Below are positions 1 to 9,734 of a stretch of DNA of 64,000 bases, piece by piece. The position numbers were made by a program, and so were the translations under genes. This DNA comes from Calditrichia bacterium. GTDB lineage: Bacteria > Calditrichota > Calditrichia > Calditrichales > J004. Each line of letters starts with the position of its first letter. Positions within the stretch are counted from its first letter, which is position 1. Below the pieces are notes generated by a model. The model saw only the letters and a list, made by a program, of their open reading frames with translations. It was not told where the DNA came from and did no database searches. The stretch is from positions 2,607 through 66,606 of the forward strand of contig JALTKX010000061.1 of the NCBI GenBank assembly GCA_027006055.1, given 5' to 3'.

Positions 1-177
1 TCGTTGCGGGCCATGGGCTTTAAATCCGGGGATCAGATATGGACGCCCTCCCCGGATGCGCGTACCATTTGGGACGCCATTCGCGACGTGATGCCGATCT
101 TAACCTTTACGGCCACCGTCTGGACGCTTTACAACACCTATCAGAGAGATCAAATTCTTTTAAGAACCGTTAGATAG
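1..177 (+). CDS. 3' end of a CDS entering from the left edge; possibly the C-terminus of a polysaccharide export (Wza-like) protein
   Basis: Frame 1 is open from base 1 to TAG at 175-177 (...IWDAIRDVMPILTFTATVWTLYNTYQRDQILLRTVR*). It has a hydrophobic C-terminal segment. The function is only a positional guess, because it lies directly upstream of the Wzc-like gene. Confidence 0.3.
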   Translation, partial: SLRAMGFKSGDQIWTPSPDARTIWDAIRDVMPILTFTATVWTLYNTYQRDQILLRTVR

Positions 178-188
178 CCGAGGCTTAT

Positions 189-2531
189 ATGCAGAAAAAT
201 CAAAGATCAAACGCGCCGATGACGACTTCAGACAGTTCGTTTGACATAAAAAAATATATTCGATTGTTTAAACGGAAAAAATGGACGCTTCTTTCGGTTT
301 TTTCCGTCACTTTTATTGTGGTGCTGGCCGCGGCCCTGCATTTTGGCCCCCAGCAACTGTACAGCACCACCGCCTTGTTGCAATTTGATGATAAACGCGC
401 TCTTTCCGGCATGAACGCCCGGGGGCGCCAGGAAAACGACAGCAAGCTGGGCGTGCTGATGAGCCGTTCCTTTTTAAAACGTGTGGTGGCCAATACCGAT
501 TACCAGTTTCAAATTAAGGGTCAGCCCCGTTATTCGGTTATCGATTCCGTGCGCCTGGGTAAAGAGCTGAAGTATGGGAATTACCGGATCGAGAAGCAGG
601 AAAATATTCTTAAACTGTTCTATACCAATCCGCAAAAGACCATCGAAGATAAGGTGGTTCTGGAAACATCCCTACCGGAAAACAATCAGATTTCCTATGG
701 CGGGGCGACGCTCTACATAAAGCCCGGTTACTGGAATACCCATGATGAGCTTGCCTATAAGTTGCTTAAGGAAGCCAAGGCGGTGGAAATATTGAGACTT
801 TCACTTTCGCCTAACTTTAAAAACCGTTTGCGCACACTGATGGAGATTAAGATTACCGGCGCCGATCCCGTTTATATCACGGAAACATTGAATGTGCTGG
901 TGGATCAGTTTGTATTGCAAAATCTGGATTTTAAAAAATACCATACGCGCGAGGTTCTGGGAATTTTAACCACGCAGTTGGAACAGGCCAAGCAGGAACT
1001 GGACGCGGCCACGAACGAGCTGAAGCAGTTCCGGCAAAGGAACCCCTATGTGGGGCTTACCGGAGAAGCCGCGGGAACAGTGACCAATATTTCGGCCATT
1101 GAATCTCAAAAAGTGGATGTACTTAACAAAAAATCGGAACTCCAGGCTCTTATTCAGCGCCTGAACAACTCCCGGGATGACGATAAGTATTCCGTGCTGA
1201 GCGAACTGCTCTCCTGGCTTGCCGCTAACGGGCCGGCCACGGTACCGGCTTTGTCCGCCGAGTTTGCCACCCTGAATGCGGAGCGCGCCCGTCTTGAAAA
1301 CTCCTATGCGCCCGGACATCCGGTTTTGCAGGAGAATAAAAAGAAACTGGACCAACTGGAACAGAAAGTACTGCTGACGGCCGGGAATCTTAGAAAGCAG
1401 TATGACGAGCGTATTGCCGGCATAGACGCCCAGGTGCGCAGCCAGCAGATAAAAATTCAACGCCTGCCCGCCAAGGAACTGGAATATGCCGAGTTGCAAA
1501 GAAAAAGAACCGTGGCCGATCAGGTATACTCTTCCCTGTTGGTGCGCTACAATCAGGCCAAGGTGGCCGACGCCGTTGAAGTGGGCGATATTATTGTGCT
1601 TGACCCCGCCGTTGTGCCGCCCACGGCCGGAAAGCTGGGGCTCTTTTTAAAATATGGCATGATTGCCTTTATCATGGGGCTGGGGCTGAGCGTGGGTTTT
1701 GTTCTGGTCGTAGACTTTTTTGATAAAACCGTGCGCACCACGGATGAACTGGAAAAAGCGGTGCCCATACGCGTGGTGGCCAAAATACCCGTGGTGGGTT
1801 CCGAAAAGGATATCAGCCCGGAACTGTTCGATAAATCCAAAAGGATCGATCCCAAGCTGGTAACCGCGGATTATTCGCCCACGCCCATGGGCGAGGCCTA
1901 TCGCAGTCTGCGTACTCAGCTTTTGTTCAATAACGAGGAAAAGCGCCACCGTTCCCTTTTTGTTACGTCGCTCAACCCCAGTGAAGGTAAGTCCTTAAAT
2001 GCCGGTAACCTGGCCATTACCTTTGCCCAGCAGAAAATCCCCACCCTGTTGGTGGACGCCGATTTGCGGCGCGGGGTTCTGCACAGCTCCTTTGCCTGTA
2101 ATAAAAAACCGGGACTGGCCGATTTTCTGTACAGCAATGCCGATATTACCGATGAAAATATCCGCAAGGTTATTCAACAGACCCATATTCCCAATCTTTA
2201 TCTGATGAGCAGCGGCATGGCCGTTCCCAATCCGTCGGAAATCCTTGGCACGCAGCGCGCGGCCGATGTGTTTAGGTTCATGGGGGAACGTTTCGGCTTT
2301 TTGATTGTGGATACGCCGCCCATCATGGTTACGGCCGATTCGGTTGTGCTTTCCAAGTATGTGGATCAGGGGCTGTTTGTCATCCGCGCGGGTAAGACCA
2401 ATGTGGAAGACGTAAAAGCAAAATTGGCCGAGTATAAGGATTTTCAAAACCATCTGTTTGGCATCATCTTGAATTGTGCCGAACTGGATATGAAAAAAGA
2501 CAACTATAAGTATTCATATTACAACTACTAA
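189..2531 (+). CDS. Polysaccharide co-polymerase fused to bacterial tyrosine autokinase (Wzc/EpsB/GumC type)
   Basis: 780 aa. N-terminal TM helix, long coiled-coil periplasmic region and a second TM. C-terminal P-loop kinase with Walker A 'NPSEGKS', A' 'LLVDADLRRG' and B 'LIVDTPP'. Tyr-rich tail 'DNYKYSYYNY'. Confidence 0.9.
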   Translation: MQKNQRSNAPMTTSDSSFDIKKYIRLFKRKKWTLLSVFSVTFIVVLAAALHFGPQQLYSTTALLQFDDKRALSGMNARGRQENDSKLGVLMSRSFLKRVVANTDYQFQIKGQPRYSVIDSVRLGKELKYGNYRIEKQENILKLFYTNPQKTIEDKVVLETSLPENNQISYGGATLYIKPGYWNTHDELAYKLLKEAKAVEILRLSLSPNFKNRLRTLMEIKITGADPVYITETLNVLVDQFVLQNLDFKKYHTREVLGILTTQLEQAKQELDAATNELKQFRQRNPYVGLTGEAAGTVTNISAIESQKVDVLNKKSELQALIQRLNNSRDDDKYSVLSELLSWLAANGPATVPALSAEFATLNAERARLENSYAPGHPVLQENKKKLDQLEQKVLLTAGNLRKQYDERIAGIDAQVRSQQIKIQRLPAKELEYAELQRKRTVADQVYSSLLVRYNQAKVADAVEVGDIIVLDPAVVPPTAGKLGLFLKYGMIAFIMGLGLSVGFVLVVDFFDKTVRTTDELEKAVPIRVVAKIPVVGSEKDISPELFDKSKRIDPKLVTADYSPTPMGEAYRSLRTQLLFNNEEKRHRSLFVTSLNPSEGKSLNAGNLAITFAQQKIPTLLVDADLRRGVLHSSFACNKKPGLADFLYSNADITDENIRKVIQQTHIPNLYLMSSGMAVPNPSEILGTQRAADVFRFMGERFGFLIVDTPPIMVTADSVVLSKYVDQGLFVIRAGKTNVEDVKAKLAEYKDFQNHLFGIILNCAELDMKKDNYKYSYYNY

Positions 2532-2543
2532 TAGATAAATTTT

Positions 2544-2601
2544 AAGGCTGCCCCGGAGGTGTGATTATGAGATATGACACTGCCGGTACAGCCTTTTTTT
2601 T
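2544..2601 (+). terminator. Long imperfect hairpin followed by T8; intrinsic terminator or attenuator after the Wzc-like gene
   Basis: 'aaggctg' (2544-2550) pairs with 'cagcctt' (2589-2595). Inner stems are ccgg/ccgg and ggtgt/acacu. It is followed by tttttttt (2594-2601) and sits after the double stop TAA-TAG at 2529-2534. Confidence 0.55.
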
Positions 2602-2619
2602 ACTCAAAACCGAAGCATA

Positions 2620-4146
2620 ATGCAGCTTTTACACTCATTTCTCGAAAAATCACGGCAGCAATATCCGGAAAAACCGCTTCTTTTTGCCAAAAAATGGTAC
2701 ACCTACCAGGAAGTGGATGACGCGGCCAATGCCCTGGCCAATTATCTTATCGAAAAGGGCGTGCGGCGCGGCGACCGGGTGGCCTTTTTACTGGAAAACG
2801 GTTTTGAGTATGTGGTTACCTATTATGGCGTGTTAAAGGCCGGCGCCGTGGCGGTGGGGCTTAATACCGAGACCACGGCGGAAACTCTGGACTATCTGTT
2901 GCATAATTCCGGCGCGCGGGTCTTTATCTCCGATAAAAACTTTAAGAAACATTTTAAACCCATTGCCGGAAGGCTGAAAAAGCTGCTGGCCTTTGTGCTG
3001 GCCCGTCCCCTTGCCGGTTTTGATTACGCCGATTTATTTTCCGCGATTGTGGAAACCTATCCCCCGGAAAGACCTTCCGTGCGCATGATAAGCATTGACA
3101 CGGCGGCGATTGTATACACTTCCGGCAGCACCGGCAGACCCAAGGGGGTTACCCTGACCCATCTTAATGTGGTGACCAATACCGAGTCGATTGTTGCCTA
3201 TCTCAGGTTGACGGCCGAGGATCGTATGTTGGTGGTATTGCCGTTCTATTACATCTATGGCCTTTCGCTGCTCAATACCCATGTGGCGGTAGGCGGCAGC
3301 CTGGTTGTCGAAAACCGTTTTGCCTTTCCCAATGTGGCCCTGAACAGCATGGAAGAGCACCGGGTAACGGGATTTGCCGGGGTGCCTTCCACCTTTGCCA
3401 TCCTGATGGCCAAAACAAATATCAGGGAAAGACACTTTCCCGCGCTAAGGTATGTCACCCAGGCCGGCGGGGCCATGGCGCCTACCCTGCAAAAGGAGGT
3501 GGCCCGTACCATTGCCCCCGCCCGTTTAATTATTATGTACGGAGCCACCGAGGCCTCGGCGCGTCTTTCCTATCTGGACCCGGAATACCTTGAAAGCAAG
3601 TGGGGCTCCATCGGCAAGGCCATTCCCAACGTGGACCTTTTTGTGGCCGATGAAAAGGGACGGGCCCTGCCGGCCGGCGAGCGTGGGGAAATCGTGGCCC
3701 GCGGCGCCAACATCATGCAGGGCTATTGGCGGGACAAAAAGGAAACCCGCATGGTTTTGCGTGACGGTCTCTATTTTACCGGCGATTTGGGGGTATGCGA
3801 TGAGGATGGTTTCCTGTTTGTGGTCGGTCGCTCCAAGGATATGATCAAGCAGGGAGCAAACCGCATCAGCGCCAAGGAGATCGAAGAAAAAATACTGGAG
3901 CATGAAAACGTGCTTGAAGTAGCCGTCATTGGTCGGCCGGATGATATCCTGGGTGAAGCCATGGATGCCTGCGTGGTGCTAAAGCGCGGTGACGACAACT
4001 GGCAGGAGGAACTGCGCTCTTTTGTGCAGGGCAAGTTGCCGCCCTTTAAGCAACCCAAGTATTACAGTCTGTTTAACAGCCTGCCCAAAAACAGTTCGGG
4101 TAAAATCATGAAAACAAAAATCAAAGAGATGAAAGGCCTGGCCTGA
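2620..4146 (+). CDS. AMP-forming acyl-CoA/acyl-carrier-protein ligase (ANL superfamily)
   Basis: 508 aa. AMP-binding motif 'YTSGSTGRPKGV', 'YGATE', and hinge region 'GDLG..DEDGFLFVVGRSKDMIKQGANRI'. Confidence 0.9.
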   Translation: MQLLHSFLEKSRQQYPEKPLLFAKKWYTYQEVDDAANALANYLIEKGVRRGDRVAFLLENGFEYVVTYYGVLKAGAVAVGLNTETTAETLDYLLHNSGARVFISDKNFKKHFKPIAGRLKKLLAFVLARPLAGFDYADLFSAIVETYPPERPSVRMISIDTAAIVYTSGSTGRPKGVTLTHLNVVTNTESIVAYLRLTAEDRMLVVLPFYYIYGLSLLNTHVAVGGSLVVENRFAFPNVALNSMEEHRVTGFAGVPSTFAILMAKTNIRERHFPALRYVTQAGGAMAPTLQKEVARTIAPARLIIMYGATEASARLSYLDPEYLESKWGSIGKAIPNVDLFVADEKGRALPAGERGEIVARGANIMQGYWRDKKETRMVLRDGLYFTGDLGVCDEDGFLFVVGRSKDMIKQGANRISAKEIEEKILEHENVLEVAVIGRPDDILGEAMDACVVLKRGDDNWQEELRSFVQGKLPPFKQPKYYSLFNSLPKNSSGKIMKTKIKEMKGLA

Positions 4147-4150
4147 GTTT

Positions 4151-5179
4151 ATGCGTATTACCTATTTCACGGATGATTTTGAACGCTGGGACGCCTATGT
4201 GAAGGCTCATGAGGCCGGTACGATCTATCATACTTCCGCCTGGAAGAGCATCATTGAAAGCCATTTTAAAAAAGAAACCTTTTACATTGCGGCGCTGGAG
4301 GGTGACACACTTGCGGGCCTTTTGCCGCTGACGCATTTTAAATCCGCCTTGTTTGGTAATTTTATCGTTTCCGTTCCCTTTGTGAATTACGGCGGAATTC
4401 TGGCCGACGGCATGGAGGCCATGCGGGCCCTTGCCGAGGAGGCGGAAAAAATCCGCGCGCAATGCGGAGCGGATTTTGTGGAACTGCGCGACGCGCGCCC
4501 CCTGGAATGGGAACTGCCGGTTAAAACGCAAAAGGTTACTTTTTACCTGGACCTTCCGCCAACGGAAGAAGAGCTGATGGCCTCCTTTAAGGCCAAGCTG
4601 CGCAGCCAGATACGCCGGCCGATGAAAGAGGGGATAACCGGAGAGGTGGGCGGCCTGGAATTAGTAGACGCCTTTTACGAGGTTTTCTGCCGCAACATGC
4701 GCGATTTGGGAACGCCGGTCTATTCCAAAAAATTTTTTGAAACCATCCTGCGCCAAACGCCGGAAAACAGCCATATTGTGCTGGTAAAATCCAAAGATGG
4801 CCAAACCATCGGCGGCGCCTTTTTGCACGGCTATAAGGAGCGTATGGAAATCCCCTGGGCGTCCACGCTTAGGGAATTCAACCGCTTTAGCCCCAATATG
4901 CTGCTCTATTGGGAAGTGCTGCGCTTTTCCATAGCCCGGGGATATAAACAGTTTGATTTCGGTCGATGCTCGCGGGACAGCGGTACCTACCGCTTTAAAA
5001 AACAGTGGGGCAGCGTGGAGCACCCGCTCTATTGGTATTACCTGTTGCCCGAGGGGGCGGAAATGCCGCAAATCAATCCTGACAATCCCAAATACAGGCT
5101 GGCGATCAGTATGTGGCAAAAAATGCCCCTGGCGCTTACGCGGATGATAGGTCCCCCCATTGTAAAAAATTTACCATAA
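4151..5179 (+). CDS. FemAB-family (GNAT-fold) acyl/aminoacyl transferase, of the type found in PEP-CTERM/exosortase EPS loci
   Basis: 342 aa. The N-terminus 'W..YV.....T.YHTSAWKSIIE' and its length are typical of FemAB-like proteins. It is 4 nt downstream of the ligase. Confidence 0.65.
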   Translation: MRITYFTDDFERWDAYVKAHEAGTIYHTSAWKSIIESHFKKETFYIAALEGDTLAGLLPLTHFKSALFGNFIVSVPFVNYGGILADGMEAMRALAEEAEKIRAQCGADFVELRDARPLEWELPVKTQKVTFYLDLPPTEEELMASFKAKLRSQIRRPMKEGITGEVGGLELVDAFYEVFCRNMRDLGTPVYSKKFFETILRQTPENSHIVLVKSKDGQTIGGAFLHGYKERMEIPWASTLREFNRFSPNMLLYWEVLRFSIARGYKQFDFGRCSRDSGTYRFKKQWGSVEHPLYWYYLLPEGAEMPQINPDNPKYRLAISMWQKMPLALTRMIGPPIVKNLP

Positions 5180-5190
5180 AGCGGAAGAAA

Positions 5191-6372
5191 ATGAAAAAAA
5201 CACCCGCCGTAGTGCTGGGTAACCTGATGATGGGGCGCTGTTTTACACTGGCGGATATTCCCTACATCGGCATCACCACAAAAAATGATAAACGTCTCTT
5301 CTATTCAAAATCATGTATAGAGGGACATGCGCTGGAAAACCCGGCAAAGGATGAAAGGCGCACGGTTGAGGCTTTGCTGGAGATTGGTAAAAGGCATGGC
5401 GGCGGTTTGCCGCTTTTTTATACCAATGACGCCCAGCTTAAAATGGTCAATAACCATGCGCAGGAACTAAAGGAGTACTTTACCTTCCTTTTGCCGGAAA
5501 AAAGAGTGCTCGATTCCAGCCTGGATAAGCACCTGTTTAACGACATGGTTAAGGAGTACGACCTGCCCGTGCCGCCTACGTTCCATAAGGATGAGGTGAC
5601 GGATGCCGGGACGCTGGACTACCCGGTGATCATTAAACCCACAAGCCGCATTCACTGGTTCAACTCACGGGTTATACGGGAGTTGGGCGCGCAGCAAAAA
5701 ATTCTGTTGGTTAACAATGCCGGGGAGTTTGACGCCTATCGCCGGAAAATTGACAGCGAGGACATTGACTATATTGTGCAAAAATATGTGCCCGGCACGG
5801 AAGCGCAAATTCTCAGCTTCCATGCTTTTTTTGACGATAAGGCGCGGCCGCTGGCTTACTATTGCGGACGCAAAATACGCACCTATCCCAATGATTACGG
5901 CCTGAGCTGTTCGCTGACGTTGATAAAACATCCTGAGATGGCCCGGATGAGCCTGGATGTTTTAAGCCGGTTAAATTTTAAGGGGCCGATAAAAATTGAC
6001 TACAAACTGGATGAAGCCAGCGGCAGGCTCTATTTGCTGGAGCTAAACCCGCGCTACAATATGTGGCACTACATCGGCGCCCGGGCGGGCATAAACCTGC
6101 CCGCGCTGGCTTACAGCCATCTTACCGGCGGCGAAAGCGGAGACGTTAAAACCGAATACGAAACGGACATCACCTGGATCAGCGGTTTTCAGGAATTGCT
6201 TACATTCCGTGATATGAAAAAACGGGGCCTGATCACCACGGGAGAGTGGCTGGCTTCCCTTTCGGGAAAACGCATCTATCAAACCTTCGCCCCCGATGAT
6301 CTGAAGCCGGTCGTTTACGCGGCCATTGATACCTTTAAGGGCGGTTTAAGAAAAATAAAAAAACTGTTCTGA
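5191..6372 (+). CDS. ATP-grasp domain protein (carboxylate-amine ligase type)
   Basis: I chose the ATG at 5191 (MKKTPAVVLGN...) over the ORF-track start at 5113, which overlaps the upstream gene. ATP-grasp signatures: 'YPVIIKPT', 'IVQKYVPG', 'LLELNPR'. Confidence 0.65.
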   Translation: MKKTPAVVLGNLMMGRCFTLADIPYIGITTKNDKRLFYSKSCIEGHALENPAKDERRTVEALLEIGKRHGGGLPLFYTNDAQLKMVNNHAQELKEYFTFLLPEKRVLDSSLDKHLFNDMVKEYDLPVPPTFHKDEVTDAGTLDYPVIIKPTSRIHWFNSRVIRELGAQQKILLVNNAGEFDAYRRKIDSEDIDYIVQKYVPGTEAQILSFHAFFDDKARPLAYYCGRKIRTYPNDYGLSCSLTLIKHPEMARMSLDVLSRLNFKGPIKIDYKLDEASGRLYLLELNPRYNMWHYIGARAGINLPALAYSHLTGGESGDVKTEYETDITWISGFQELLTFRDMKKRGLITTGEWLASLSGKRIYQTFAPDDLKPVVYAAIDTFKGGLRKIKKLF

Positions 6373-7193
6373 TGCGACGCCTTATTTTTTCCGATCTGCA
6401 CGCCAACATTTTTGCCTTTAAAAAAATGCTCCGCCTAGTGGAGGCGCTAAAGGCGGAGGCCCTGTTCTCCCTGGGAGATGTGATCGGTTATAACAGCTAT
6501 CCCGGTGAGTGCCTGGCCCTGATGCGGGAAAACGAAATCCCTTCGCTGACGGGCAATCACGAAGCCATGATCGTGGAGGAGTTGACGCCGGAGAGCTGCA
6601 AAAGCGAGCGCGGACAAAACGCCGTGCGCGTGAGCCGCGAACTTTTAAGCGTGGAAGAAAGGGAAGAAATCCGCCGTTGGCCCCTTAGGTGGGAGTTTAA
6701 TGAAACCTGCCTGGCCTGGCATGCCGCTTTCGATTCGCTGTACCGCACGGTAAATACGGTGGAACGGGCCCGTCCTCAGTTTGAAGAGCTTAGCCGATTA
6801 CAAAAGGATATCTGCTTTTTCGGCCATACCCACCGTCCCGGTCTTTTTATTCAAAACAAGCAGACCGGCGGCGTGGAATATGACGTCACTTTACAAAAAA
6901 GGGCTTTAACGGAAGAAAACCGTTATTTGATTAATCCGGGAACCCTGGGCGAACCGCGCCACGGCCTGCCCATGAGTTTTGTGATGTTTGACGATCGGGC
7001 AATGACCGTTGAGTACCATGTGCTGACTTTGAGTGAAGAAGAAAAACGACAATTAAGAAAAAATAACAGGGATGTTTTTGGTGTTACCAGCCTGTCGCGC
7101 TTACCAAAACAGATCCGGGAGAAGGGACGCCGTTGGTATTACCGTTTGGGCGGGATTAAAGACGCCCTGGCCGGCGCTCCCTCAAAAAGATAA
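6372..7193 (+). CDS. Calcineurin-like metallophosphoesterase
   Basis: 273 aa. Motifs 'SDLHAN', 'GDVIGY', 'GNHE' and 'GHTH'. The start overlaps the upstream stop (TGATG). Confidence 0.8.
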   Translation: MRRLIFSDLHANIFAFKKMLRLVEALKAEALFSLGDVIGYNSYPGECLALMRENEIPSLTGNHEAMIVEELTPESCKSERGQNAVRVSRELLSVEEREEIRRWPLRWEFNETCLAWHAAFDSLYRTVNTVERARPQFEELSRLQKDICFFGHTHRPGLFIQNKQTGGVEYDVTLQKRALTEENRYLINPGTLGEPRHGLPMSFVMFDDRAMTVEYHVLTLSEEEKRQLRKNNRDVFGVTSLSRLPKQIREKGRRWYYRLGGIKDALAGAPSKR

Positions 7194-7214
7194 TAAATCG
7201 GGATTTTGGGCTAC

Positions 7215-8369
7215 ATGATTCTTGAAATGGTTTTCTGGTTTTTGCTGTTCCTGCTGGTTTATATCTACGCGGGCTATCCCGTGCTTTCCATGGTGTTGGC
7301 TAAAATGTTCCCCTCGCGGGAAGCGGCCCCTCCACGGGAATGGCCTTCGCTGACCATGGTTATCTCCGCCTATAATGAGGAAACGGTAATCGCTGAAAAG
7401 CTAAATAACTCCCTTCAACTGGACTATCCCCGGGATCGGTTCCGGATCGTGGTTATTTCCGACGCTTCGGAAGACAAAACCGATGACATCGTAAACAGTC
7501 ATGACGACGGCCGCGTGCGCTTGATCCGCGTGGAAGGGCGCCGGGGTAAAACCCACGGTATTTCGGTTGTGGTGCCGGAGTTGAAAAGCGAACTGGTGGT
7601 TTTTTCCGATGCCAACGCTATTTATAAAAAGGACGCCCTCAAAAAGCTGGTGGCTCATTTTGCCGATGAAAAGGTCGGTTATGTGGTGGGCAACGCGCAA
7701 TATTATAAGGAAAATCAATCCAGCGCCGGCGAGCATGAAAGCACCTATTGGGATATGGAGGTAAAGTTAAAGATGTATGAGTCGCGTCTCAGTTCCGTGG
7801 TGGGGGGCGACGGCGCCATCTATGCCATCCGTACTTCTTTGTTTCTGCCCATGGAGGATGACGATATCAACGATTTTGTCAACCCCCTGCAGATCATTGC
7901 CCAGGGCTATCGCGGCGTGTTTGAGGCGGACGCGGTATGCTATGAACACACGGCGGACAGTTTTGAAAAAGAGATCGGCCGCAAGAGGCGCATTGTGAAC
8001 CGTAGCTGGCGGGGCCTGATGAAGAACAAGAGCGTATTAAACCCCTTTAAAACGGGTTTCCATGCCTTTCAGGTCTTTTCGCACAAAATGCTGCGCTGGC
8101 TTGGCGGAGTTTTTCTGTTGGCCTTTTTTATCGTCAACATTTTTTTATGGCGGGAGCATTGGATATATCAGCTTTCCCTGGCGGCCCAGATTCTGTTTTT
8201 TCTGCTGGCCCTTACCGGGCGCGCTTTGGTGCGCCGCAAAGGTTCCGCGCCCTTTCTGTTTTCCACGCCCTATTATTTTATGGCGGTAAACATCGCCTCG
8301 ATAATGGGTATTATCGATAACTATCTGGGCCGGAAATATACCACCTGGCAAACGATCCGTGAAGCGTAA
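7215..8369 (+). CDS. Membrane-embedded family-2 glycosyltransferase (synthase-like: N-terminal TM, GT2 core, C-terminal TM bundle)
   Basis: I preferred the ATG at 7215 over the TTG at 7206. Motifs 'VISAYNEE', 'VISDASEDKT' and 'FSDAN'. C-terminal hydrophobic helices. The 'NRSWRG' segment sits where processive GT2s carry Q/RxxRW. Confidence 0.8.
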   Translation: MILEMVFWFLLFLLVYIYAGYPVLSMVLAKMFPSREAAPPREWPSLTMVISAYNEETVIAEKLNNSLQLDYPRDRFRIVVISDASEDKTDDIVNSHDDGRVRLIRVEGRRGKTHGISVVVPELKSELVVFSDANAIYKKDALKKLVAHFADEKVGYVVGNAQYYKENQSSAGEHESTYWDMEVKLKMYESRLSSVVGGDGAIYAIRTSLFLPMEDDDINDFVNPLQIIAQGYRGVFEADAVCYEHTADSFEKEIGRKRRIVNRSWRGLMKNKSVLNPFKTGFHAFQVFSHKMLRWLGGVFLLAFFIVNIFLWREHWIYQLSLAAQILFFLLALTGRALVRRKGSAPFLFSTPYYFMAVNIASIMGIIDNYLGRKYTTWQTIREA

Positions 8370-8385
8370 GTAAACGAGGAAATGT

Positions 8386-9453
8386 ATGGGATATACTGTA
8401 AAGGAAGCAGACCTGCAAAAAGAGCGGCATATCATGGTTGCCATTCTGGAGAACAACCGCAATGTGCCGGGTTTTGATTTTAACAAACGTTTTGAATGGA
8501 TCTACCTGAATAATCCGACCGGCCGGGCCCGGGCCTGGATTATCTGGGATGACAGCCACAATGTTCCCGTGGGCTTTACCGGTGTTTTTCCGCGTAAAAT
8601 GTATGTGGAAGGGCGGGAATATACGGCCTGGAACTGTGGAGATTTTTCCATCGAGAAAAAATACCGGACGCTGGGGGTGGCCGTAAAGCTGCGCAAGGCG
8701 GCCCGCGAAGCGGTTAATAATGACGAAGTGCCTTTTTTATATGCCCATCCCAATGAGCGCATGGAACTGATCCATCTGCGTTCGGGGCATAAAAAAATAG
8801 CCCTTATGAAGCGGTATGCCCTGCCTTTTCGCGTAAACCGCGTTCTGCAAAATTATCTGAAAAGCGAGTTGCTGGCCCGCATGGTGGCCAAGCCGATAAA
8901 CTTTGTTCTGTCGCTCAAATACCGCTTTTCCACCTTTTTAGGCCTGTCCGGCAGCTTACATGACCGGGTTCAGGTGGATGAGCGTCATGCCTATCTTTTT
9001 GAATACATGAAAAAGAAGTTCCGGGTAATCGGCGACAGAAGCATTGAATTTATTAACTGGAAGTTTGGCGCCAATCCCAACCGGCATTATGAACAGTTTG
9101 ACATGTATTATAAAAATAATCTGGTGGGCACGGTTTTTTTCACCCGTAAAAATGATGTAATTCACATAATAGATATTTTGATTGACGATTTTGACCGCTT
9201 TGCCGGTCAGTTGTTTCGCATGTTTATCAACGCCATCCGTCCGGCTTACAGGCGGCGTATTGTTTCGCTTTCCTTTATCATGCAGGAATTCAATCCCTTT
9301 ATTCCCGTTTTGGAGAAGCTGGGCTTTAAGTTCCGGGATGACGCGACCTCGGCGGTGATATGCTACACCTCCGGCGAAAAACACCCCGAGTTGGAATCCG
9401 TGCTGTATGAAGGCCGCCATTGGTTTATGACGGTTGGCGACCGTGACGCCTGA
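8386..9453 (+). CDS. GNAT-family acyltransferase (two-lobed)
   Basis: 355 aa. Acetyl-CoA-binding-type motif 'YRTLGVAVKLRKAA'. RBS 'gagga' 6 nt upstream. Confidence 0.55.
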   Translation: MGYTVKEADLQKERHIMVAILENNRNVPGFDFNKRFEWIYLNNPTGRARAWIIWDDSHNVPVGFTGVFPRKMYVEGREYTAWNCGDFSIEKKYRTLGVAVKLRKAAREAVNNDEVPFLYAHPNERMELIHLRSGHKKIALMKRYALPFRVNRVLQNYLKSELLARMVAKPINFVLSLKYRFSTFLGLSGSLHDRVQVDERHAYLFEYMKKKFRVIGDRSIEFINWKFGANPNRHYEQFDMYYKNNLVGTVFFTRKNDVIHIIDILIDDFDRFAGQLFRMFINAIRPAYRRRIVSLSFIMQEFNPFIPVLEKLGFKFRDDATSAVICYTSGEKHPELESVLYEGRHWFMTVGDRDA

Positions 9454-9496
9454 TGAAAAAGATTAATGTAACCCTATCTGTTTTAAGGAGTGAACG

Positions 9497-9733
9497 ATGA
9501 AAGAGAAGATTCTTGAGTTTTTATATGATGAGAGCCTGAAAGATGAATTTGCAGACCTGGATCATGACGATTCCCTGCTGGAACTGGGTATCATAGATTC
9601 CGTGAAAATGATGGAAATGATATCCTTTCTGGAAGAAAATTTTGGCATAGAGGTGGATGACGAGGAGCTGATGCCCGAAAACTTTGATTCCCTCAATGCC
9701 ATTGTCGCCTTTATCGAATCCAAAAAAGGCTGA
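9497..9733 (+). CDS. Acyl carrier protein (stand-alone, D-alanyl/aminoacyl-carrier-like)
   Basis: 78 aa and acidic. Phosphopantetheine attachment-type motif 'LGIIDSVKMMEMISFLE'. RBS 'aaggag' upstream. Confidence 0.8.
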   Translation: MKEKILEFLYDESLKDEFADLDHDDSLLELGIIDSVKMMEMISFLEENFGIEVDDEELMPENFDSLNAIVAFIESKKG

Positions 9734-9734
9734 C

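Noticed and set aside
5113-5190. An N-terminal extension of the ATP-grasp ORF that overlaps the FemAB-like gene by 67 nt. There are similar track-start extensions at 9684-9734 (over the ACP), 42958-42999, 51858-51902 and 53122-53139.
   Set aside because: The extensions encode non-conserved, charged or odd sequence and overlap upstream genes. Internal ATGs give sensible N-termini (signal peptides, GT motifs) and tight coupling, so I used the shorter models.
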